Assembly (NCBI GenBank): GCA_951406725.2
Contig: OX597819.1
Span: 11,718,001 to 11,782,000, forward strand
Length of the DNA stretch: 64,000 bases
Reading direction: 5' to 3'
DNA from: Octopus vulgaris
Lineage: Eukaryota
Shown here: positions 54,678-64,000 of the stretch, one piece after another
Layout of the letters: each line of letters opens with the position of its first letter
Position numbering within the stretch: position 1 is the first letter of the stretch
Translations under genes and position numbers: made by a program
The notes under the pieces: generated by a model
What the model was told of the DNA's origin: nothing
What the model saw: the letters and a program-made list of their open reading frames with translations, nothing else
Database searches by the model: none

Positions 54678-55731
54678 TCTGTCCCTCTCTCTCCTATCTC
54701 TCCCTTCTATCCTTCTCTCTCTCTCTCTCTTCTATCTCTGTCTCTTCTATCCCGCTCACTCTCCCCCTCTCTCTCTCTCTCCTTCCCCTCTCTCTTCTAT
54801 CCCGCTCTCTCCCCCTCTCTATCTCTCTTCTATCCCGCTCACTCTCCCTCTATCTCTCTTCTGTCCCTCTCTTTCTCCTCCTCTCTCTCTTCTATCCCTC
54901 TCTCTCTCTCTTCTATCCCTCTCTATCCCTCTCTCTCCCTCCCTTTCTCTATACTTCAGTTTAGAAATGAAGAGATTATCGTCTCAGACCTTCTTCCTTT
55001 GAATAAATAACATGGAAAATGTTTCCCACACTCCTGCAAATCGGTTTAGAAGCTCTCTCTGCAGCGATGTGGTTCCAGGTTCAAATCTGCTGCGCGGCAT
55101 CTTGAGCGTCTTCTCCTGTAGCTTCCAACGGACCGATGGCTTAGCGTCTTATCAGTGAATTCCGCAGACCGAAACTGTGTGGAAGTCTGTCGTGTATTTA
55201 TATGTAAATGTGTGTGTGCGTGCGTAATACTCCCCCCACACACACACACACTCTTGACAACCGGTGTTGGTTCATTTACGTCTCCGTAACTTGATGGTTC
55301 ACCAAAAGATACCGATAGAATCAGTACCACACTTTTAAATGAAAAAAAAAAAAAACCTTAGTGCAGCCATGCACAAAAACTGAAACAAGCAGAGGATATA
55401 TATTTCTTTATTGCCCACAAGGGGCTAAACATAGAGGGGACAAACAAGGACAGACAAAGGGATTAAGTCGATTACATTGACCCCCAGTGCGAAACTGGTA
55501 CTTTATTTATCGACCCCGAAAGGATGAAAGGCAAAGTCGACCTCGGCGGAATTTGAACTCAGAACGTATACGGGACCCGTGAGATGAGTCACAGCAAATG
55601 TGATTAGAGATGATAGGTGCATCGGGTGGATTTGGGGCCGATGTTCAGATGGTCAAAGAGAAAGAAATGGCGGCGGCGGCGGCGGCGGTCGTGGTTTCGG
55701 TGGTGGTGAATGAAAGTTTGCCTATTTACCT

Positions 55732-55897
55732 GTAGGCGCAGGAGTGGCTGTGTGGTAAGTAGCTTGCTCACCAAACGAATGGTTCTGGGTTCAATCCCAC
55801 TGCGCGGCACTTTGGGCTACTATAGCATCGGGCCAACCAAAGCCTTGTGAGTGGATTTGGTGGACAGAAACTGAAAGAAGCCCGTTGTATATATGTG

Positions 55898-55952
<55 letters not shown>

Positions 55953-55998
55953 TAATGGTATTATTAAATTAATATCAATTTTTCACCCTCATTTATAA

Positions 55999-56034
<36 letters not shown>

Positions 56035-56232
56035 GTGTCTGTGTGTGTTTGTCCCTCCAGCATCGCTTGACAGCCGATGCTGGTGTGTTTACGTCCCCGT
56101 AACTTGGCAGTTCAGCAAAAGGGACCGATAGAATAAGTACTAGGCTTACAAAGAATAAGTTCTGAGGTTGATTTGCTCGACAAAAGGCGGTGCTTCAGCA
56201 TGGCCGCAGTCAAATAACTGAAATAAATAAAA
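55732..56232 (+). mobile_element. SINE family 2 (tRNA head, CORE-like segment, internal microsatellite)
   Basis: taggcgcaggagtggctgtgtggtaag..ggttcaatccc..(TA)n..ggcggtgct.cagcatggccgcagtcaaa; other + copies at 27222-27620, 35535-35915, 40238-40640, 48175-48350 and 55045-55390. Confidence 0.85.
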
Positions 56233-58448
56233 GGATATTTTCCAGATATTCTTGTGGGAGCTCTGTAACAAGTGGATGGAAGCACTCTGTCGGTTACGAC
56301 GACGAGGGTTCCGGTTGATCCGAATCAACGGAACAGCCTGCTCGCGAAATTAACGTGTAAGTGGCTGAGCACTCCACAGACACGTGTACCCTTAACGTAG
56401 TTCTCGAGGATATTCAGCGTGACACAGAGAGTGACAAGGCCGGCCCTTTGAAATACAGGTACAACAGAAACAGGAAGTAAGAGTGAGAGAAAGTTGTGGT
56501 GAAAGGGTACAGCAGGGATCACCACCATCCCCTGCCGGAGCCTCGTGGGAATCGAAACCGCGATCCTATAACCGCGAGTCCACTGCCCTAACCACTAGGC
56601 CATTGCGCCTCCACTCTGTAACAAGTACATTTTCCCTGATATACGAACAGTACTCTGTACCTTTTGAGGGTTAGAACGTATGTCCCCTCGCGGGCTTTGA
56701 TGATCCACCTGGATAAACTTCGTTCATTGTCCATCTGTCCCTAGTTAACTCTGCTCTCTGCTCTCACTAGCCATGGTGTTGTTGCTCTTCTCATTGTCTC
56801 GCCACCCAAGACGCTCGGCCATATCTTCATTTATTCTCTTACATTCACCATCCAGCCTCTCTGTTACGCTGGCGTCAATTGTTTTGCTAAGAGCTGAACG
56901 TTAACCAACCACACACATACACACACACACATACACACACTATCACTCCATGAATGAGGGCTGAAAAAGCTATGGGCACGTTAACCAAAATAACACTATT
57001 AATAACTGTGCATTTGTTTATTTACCCTTACAAGTGTCTATTTACTAGATTCCAGCTTAAATAGCCATATTCAGGTATTGTATTGCTTGATAACCGTTTG
57101 TTTATTTACCCGATATTCATTAAAATATTTATTTACCCCTATATCCGTCGTCGTGTCTATTTGTTGCTTGTTAACATGTTTATTTACCCGGTTTTAGTTT
57201 ATTTATCTGGTGATCTTTAATATATTTAGCTGTTTGGCATTTCGTAAGCGCCTTAATATACACGGTTATTTACACGTCTGCATTCCTATTTAGTCGGTGC
57301 TATTTCAGTCTAGGATGAGAGGAATCTTTAGTGTTTTGCTCTGTTCGACCATTCCTCGGTGTCACTGATGTTTGGATAGAAGTTGTCGTGCCTTTTAACT
57401 CCTTGTCGGCTCTCACCCACCAGACCTGTAATCGAAGCTGCTCCAGCTGTGACCATCCCACCTTTTAGTCTAGAATTACATAACCCAATAATATTTTATT
57501 TTTAAAACAAGCGTGTGAATCGATAGAAGTTTTACCTGTTGTTTCTAGCAGATAGACTAACCGCTAATTTGAACCACTTCTTCTATTCGAAAGGTCGGTC
57601 CTAGCTACACTTCAGACTGTCTTCTGTTCCCTTCCTCTCAAATCAGATTCTATAAAGGTTGACCTGCGTTTTAATTGCAATCTCCACCAAAATCTCTCGT
57701 TAAACACCTGTATGTGTCAGTCGTTCAAACACGTCACTGGCCACCTAGAGTTACTTACCTTTGTTCATTTTTTATATGAATTATGCAAATTACTTAGGCC
57801 ATTAATGTGTTCTTGGCTACTGGAGATAATGGTTGTGCCGATGACGGCTATTGAGACAGAAACACGTGCCTACGACTGTTCTCTTCAGGCGATAAACCTG
57901 TCCATTTCCTTAATGGCATGTCAACTTTGGAGAATTCTTGATTCATGAGATTATCACGCTTCTGAAGTGGAGCGGGTCTTAATTGCCATTTGGTAATTAT
58001 CGACACAGCCTTCTTGAAATAGAGATAACTTTAATAAATCAAGAATTCTATGTTGTATGGTACTTCATAGACCTCTATTTGTCTAGGTTATTCTATTGTG
58101 TTATATTGGTGACACACCTCAGTCACCTACCTCTAGCTTGATAGACTGGTCTACAAATGTGTAACAAAGTGAGATGTCACACTCCAGTCACCAGGATGAA
58201 CTAATCTGGGTACTTGTAACATAGTACAATGTCACACCTCAATGCTGCCGTGTTTTAAATTCCATTTACTCACAGTATGAACTAAACACAATAAAACTGG
58301 CAGCTGAATTTTTAATATAATATAATATTGGTCACTAATTCTGATAGTCATATATATTGGATTGTTGGCTGTCAATATCAGAGAGAGAGAGAGAGAAAGC
58401 TTTATTAAAATATAGAAATATTTTTTTATAATATTTTAGCTTGTTGCG

Positions 58449-59085
58449 GGGCGGCACGCTGGCAGAAACGTTAGCACGCCGGGCGTAATGTTTAGCAGTA
58501 TTTCGTCTTTCTTTATGTTCTGAGTTCAAATTCCACCGAAGTCGACTTTGCCTTTCATCCTTTCGAGGTCGATAAAGTAAGTACCAGTTGCTTACTGGGG
58601 TCGATCTTATCGATTCCCCCACCCCTAAAAAAATTTCAGGCCTTGTGCCTAGAGTAGAAAAGAATCGTTAGCACGCCTGGCAAAATGCTTAGCAGTATTT
58701 CATCTGTCTTTATGTTCTGAGTTCAAATTCTACCGAGGTCAACTTAGCCTTTCATCCTTTCGGGGTCGATAAAGTAAGTACCAGTTGCGTACTGGGGTCG
58801 GTCTAATCGACTTACCCTTTGCTCCCGAAATTGCTGGCCTTGTGCTAAAATTAGAAATGCTTCAGCCTGTTGTAGGGCAGCGAGTAACTGGCAGAATCGT
58901 TCTAGTGTCGGAAATAGATGTTTTACTATATCTGTTCCGGTTCCTTAGATTCTGAGTTCAAATTTCACCGAAATCATCTTCACCTTTCATCCCTCTAGGA
59001 TCGATAAAATAAAGCACCAGGCAAGTACTAGGATCGATGGTATAGGCTTAACCCTTTCCTCTCAAAATTGCTAGCCTTCTAAATA
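58449..59085 (+). mobile_element. Three tandem SINE family 1 copies
   Basis: Repeated body; ttagc.tgttg-like flank recurs at 58435, 58861 and 59096. Confidence 0.8.
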
Positions 59086-59449
59086 AAAACAATATTTTAG
59101 CCTGTTGTGGTCTGCTTTTGTCAAAGAGTCCTATCATCAGACGCTTCACCCGTGACCGTCCCATCTTTACAGACAGTTTCTCATACTATATTCATCATAT
59201 TTCTTTTTAAATGAAGCATTGAGTGATTTGAGGGAGATTAAGTTGCTATTTTTAGTAAATCTAGTCCTTATCATATTGAGGCCTCTTCGTTTGGCTCTAT
59301 TTTAGGAACGTCGTACAAAGTGTTTTGCTTCATTTGGTTTCCTTCTGAGTTCGAATTCCGTGGAAATCGATAGAACAAAATGTCAAACACTGACGTTCAT
59401 GGCACCTCCACAGCTATCACATATAAGCCCTAATGTAAAGATATTGGAT

Positions 59450-61290
59450 TTCATCAACAATTTTAACAAATAGTTAATAATATACTCTCCTTTATTGTTC
59501 ACGATTTCTTGCCAGTTTTCCACTCCTTGGTCAATGACGGTAGAAATCACCAGGTCTTGACTCGAAGAATACATCCAGCTTCGTTCTCAGCTCCCCGCCG
59601 TTATTGAATGAAACTCCTCGCAGACGGTTGAAGAGCGGCCAAAATATGGTGATAAGTCTGAAGGCTTTATATCAGGAGAATGGAAGCATTCCGTCGGTTA
59701 CGACGACGAGGGTTCCGGTTGATCCGAATCAACGGAACAGCCTGCTCGTGAAATTAACGTGTAAGTGGCTGAGCACTCCACAGACACGTGTACCCTTAAC
59801 GTAGTTCTCGGGGATATTCAGTGTGACACAGAGAGTGACAAGGCCGGCCCTTTGAAATACAGGTACAACAGAAACAGGAAGTAAGAGTGAGAGAAAGTTG
59901 TGGCGAAAGAGTACAGCAGGGATCACCACCATCCCCATGCCGGAGCCTCGTGGAGCTTTTAGGTGTTTTCGCTCAATAAACACTCACAACGCCCGGTCTG
60001 GGAATCGAAACCGCGAGTCCGCTGCCCTAACCACTGGGCCATTGCGCCTCCACATCAGGAGAATACGGTGGGTGCGATAGACCTTCCCAACCGAATTCTT
60101 CAATAGCATTTTTGGTTAAATTATCGATATGAGGACGAGCGTTGTCGTGTTGAAAAAGCACGCCATTGTTGCCGGATGGGTCATTTCTGTTGGATTACCT
60201 CATTGATCCGGTGCATTTGGTGAACATAAAGCTCTGCATTTCATAGTGGATTATCCCTTCTCAGTACCACCAAACGTAGATCATTGTCTTGCATGGATGC
60301 AGCTCTGGCTTGGCTCGAGGTGTTGCTTATTTGTCTGGACCCAACCATTCTTTCTTCTGCTTCATATTAAGGTAAAGACACCATTTTCGCCGGTAACGAT
60401 GCCATGAAGAAATCTCTGTTTGTATCCACGAGTAGCCTGGTGTCGCGCGAGCAGACTGCCGATGATAAGGGAGTGCTGGAGTTTGTGTCTTCCGTTCAGA
60501 GCATGTGGCACCCATGCACCGAGTTTTTGGACCATACTCGTTGAGTGAAGGGCTGACGGTATCATAAGGCGGCGAGCTGGCAGAAACGCTAGCACGCCGG
60601 GCGAAATGCTTTCCAGTATTTCGTCTGCAGTTACGTTCTGAGTTCAAATTCCGCCTTTCATCTTTTCGAGGTCGATGAAATAAGTACCAGTTACGCACTG
60701 GGGTCGATGTAATCGACTTAATCTGTTTGTCTGTCCTTGTTTGTCCCCTCTGTGTTTAGCCCCTTGTGGGTAGTAAAGAAATAGGTATCATAAGGCAGGG
60801 AGCTGGCAGAAACGTTAGCATGCCGGACGAAACGAGTAGCCGTATTTCGTCTGCCGCTACGTTCTGAGTTCAAATTCCGCCGAGGTCGACTTTGCCTTTC
60901 ATCCTTTCGGGGTCGATAAATTAAGTACCAGTTACGCACTGGGGTCGATGTAATCGACTTAATCCGTGTGTCTGTCCTTGTTTGTCCCCCTCTGTGTTTA
61001 GCCCCTTGTGGGTAGTAAAGAAATAGGTGTCATAAGAGCATCCTCTCCGCTGGGCCAGTTCCTAAGTGGATTGATGCAGATTTTCGTGGATGCGTTTAAT
61101 ACATCTGTGGTCGGAACGTGAAGAGTCTGTGGGGTCGAGTTTCCCCTCTTTGAAGTGTGAAAAGCATATCTGTGTAATTCTTTTTGTAACAGCCCCTTCT
61201 CTGTTCACAGCACACATATCTCGAACAGCTTTGCCAGTTTTTTTGGAATCTTTGGTTGAAAACGAAGAGAAACAGGTGGTGAAAATGGTC
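59450..61290 (-). pseudogene. Nearly full-length mariner transposase relic interrupted by three SINEs
   Basis: HTH-like AVRDMCAV..FSHFKEG..DSSRS; KLGAWVPHAL; RFLHGIVTGE; LFQHDNARPH; GWEGLSHPPYSPD|IKPSD; WQEIVNNKGEY. Confidence 0.85.
60568..61025 (+). mobile_element. Two tandem SINE family 1 copies
   Basis: TSD ggtatcataa at 60558, 60784 and 61026 (ggtgtcataa). Confidence 0.85.
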
Positions 61291-61604
61291 TTTTTTTTGT
61301 GTTTTTTAACCTTGGACTTATCGTCATTATTAATATACGGTTTGAAAAAGGTAACAAAAGTCGTAGAGGAAGAACAGAGCCACAAAAAAGAACCATTAAA
61401 ACACAATAAAATGAAATTTTTTTTTTGTGTGTGTGTGTGTTAGTTCAAATAACGTTGGAAAGAAACGAATTTATCTGCCAACCTAATGTGTGTGGTGTGT
61501 GTGTGTGTGTTTCTCGGTCTTTTGTCCCACGCCTCACTTCGATTTTCAAAAAAGATAAAGCAGAAAAGAAAAAGAAAACATGCGCTGCACCACAAATGGA
61601 TAGT

Positions 61605-61764
<160 letters not shown>

Positions 61765-62344
61765 GTTCATTCAAAAGAAGTTTTAATTAAAACTTTATTG
61801 CGAGTTTTATTGCATATTGCTTACGCCTCACTCTGAAGTACCCCGCTCCTGCTCCCCACCCGTTGAGAAACTCTTGAATACATAAATATAAATGTGTAAA
61901 ATATACACGTACGTATATGGCTTGGGTTTAATAATAACCAGAACTTTCTTATGCTACATACTCCCAGATTATAAATTCACATTTATACCAATAATAATTG
62001 GTGCACTTGGTTGGAAAGGCTTTTTTTTTTCATTTTCTCCTGAAAATTAAATCAACCAGTTAATACGCATATTGTAAATACAATATGTAAGCGGAACAAT
62101 AAATATACGCAAGCTTTTTCGCAAGTTCAAATTGTGACGCTGCTTTTTTCTACGTTCCAGCGATGAACTTTGTATATTTTTTAGAAACCAGCTCCTTCTT
62201 TACTTCAACTAATTAAAAAAAAATGGAAGCGAATACACATACACAAATACATGCATACATACACACTCACACACCACACACATACCTACCTACCTACATA
62301 CATACATACATACATACATACATACATACATACATACATACATA

Positions 62345-62712
62345 CATAGTGAGAATTTACAAAAGAAGACAAAGATGGGTGTGTAAACAACAAACAGATG
62401 TATTAGTTTAACGCTCGGGAAGTGGGAAAGTCTTTTACGTTTCGAGCCCACGCTCTTCGACAGAAAGGAACGCGGAAATAAACAGGGAGAGAAAATAGAA
62501 AAAGGTTTTGTGGCTAGCGATCTATCATGGCGAATGCCGGACAAACGGGTCACACAGGAGATCTAGGAAGAAGTACATATATATAGTGAGAATTTACAGA
62601 AAGACAAAAGACGAAGACGGGTGTGTAAACAGCAAACAGATGTATTAGTTTAACGCTCGTGAAGTGAGAAAGTCTTTTACATTTCGAGCCTACGCTCTTT
62701 GACTAGCGATCT
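62345..62712 (-). mobile_element. Partial tandem of two H1 elements
   Basis: tagtgagaatttaca...gtattagtttaacgctc...tttcgagcc.acgctctt repeated at about 62347 and 62584; the second copy is truncated. Confidence 0.65.
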
Positions 62713-63739
62713 ATACATACATGATGGTTGTCCACTCATGGTCGAAAAAGACTGTCATTGACCATTGTCCATGCAAAATGCTTTCAATGCCTGTGCATTA
62801 GGTTATTGCACCTGCAGTCGGTTTCACCCGGGTTCGCACGCGCAGCTTCCTTACTTGCCAACTTCTACTCGACTGGTCGTCGGATAATAGTCACCCCGTT
62901 GGTGATTACGCAACCTAAAATTTTAGGTCCAATTTGGCTTGCACAACACCTCGCAAATCCTCTATCGACAGACAAGCCAAGGCAATGTATCAAGTGTCAA
63001 TATGGGTTGCAGGCTCAGGAATGTGGGAACGCCATGATCTCAAGCGCAAGCAACGATCCCCAAAACATTTCAATGCCATTCCCTGCATATCCGGTTTTCT
63101 CCTAGAGACATATTCTATAAAATGCTAAGGAATGCCTCACTCCCAGCGGTCTTCAAGCACGACGGACACCAGCCCGGACATACAGACAGACACAGTCTGG
63201 ATAAGCTTGGATTTTCAGAAAAAGAAATCACCCAAATGATTCGGTCAATCTGGAAGCGGAAGAGACTTTTCTCAGGTTTAAAATGTGACATTGTTTTCGT
63301 TATCTACATTCCAAAGATGGAGCTTTCACTCATTGTTAGAAAGCAGCTTCTTCTTTAGAGGATGAATTTAAATGTTTAAAAACACAAGAGAAACGTACAT
63401 ACATGCATTATTGGGGTCCTGGGATATGTAACACACTACCTTAACACCAATCTTGAGAAATTAAGCTTCTCAAAAGCAGAAAGGAGTAAGTTAATTCGAA
63501 GACTACAGATCCAGTCCATCAGTGGAACTGTAAAAATCTGTAAAACTTTCCAGAAGTTTATCATTTAAAAATATACGAGCATGTCTAGATATGGAACTAT
63601 ATGCATGAGAATACAATACATGAAGCAAAACATACAAATCTGCACATACACACACACACACACATGCATACATACATACATACATACATACATACATACA
63701 TACATACATACATACATACATACATACATACATACATAC

Positions 63740-63836
63740 CCTGTTGTTGATGTTGAAATTCCAGTGAAGGAGCCTTGGATCTAGATTAGAAACCGGTTCT
63801 TTCTCTATTGGCAAGAAATCTTGAAATAAAACTGAT
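63740..63836 (+). mobile_element. Hammerhead-relic element, family H4
   Basis: Homologous to rc of 1850-1952; GAAACCGGTTC; adjacent to (CATA)n like the other copy. Confidence 0.45.
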
Positions 63837-64000
63837 CTGTGACATATATATGTATCTGATGTATATATATTTACTTAATGTGTGCAATTTTTTCCCAGTA
63901 CTGAGATTCCAGGTTCGATCCCGTTGCGTGGCACTATGGATTACTTTGGCTCCGGGTTGGCCCGAGTCTTGTGGTTAAACTTAGTGGGAGACATAAACTA

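Overview
Eukaryotic, AT-rich, microsatellite-dense DNA. The SINE/LINE repertoire looks like an Octopus (coleoid cephalopod) genome; this is an inference from repeat style, not a search result. Only one convincing host coding exon is present: 44398-45355 (+), encoding a signal peptide, a long glycosylated S/T-rich spacer and an IGFBP-type domain most like CRIM1, ending at a phase-1 GT donor. Almost every other ORF in the track is translated microsatellite. The rest is a nested mosaic of repeats: three tRNA-headed SINE families plus a fourth SINE-like family; 3' fragments of R4/Dong-, Hero-, Tx1/L1- and CR1-like LINEs; two mariner relics and a Tc1-like relic; non-autonomous Helitrons; and several MITEs. 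The most striking signal is a set of short non-coding elements from several apparently unrelated sequence families, mostly in (TA)n or (TAA)n tracts. They carry hammerhead-ribozyme or hammerhead-like cores and are repeatedly arranged as palindromes or partial tandems, as expected for Penelope-like pLTRs or retrozymes. One copy (25720-25767) is a complete minimal type I hammerhead with a U3-A8 covariant core. Two SINE-LINE 3'-tail partnerships are also visible within the window. All coordinates and alignments were read by eye, and repeat boundaries are approximate.
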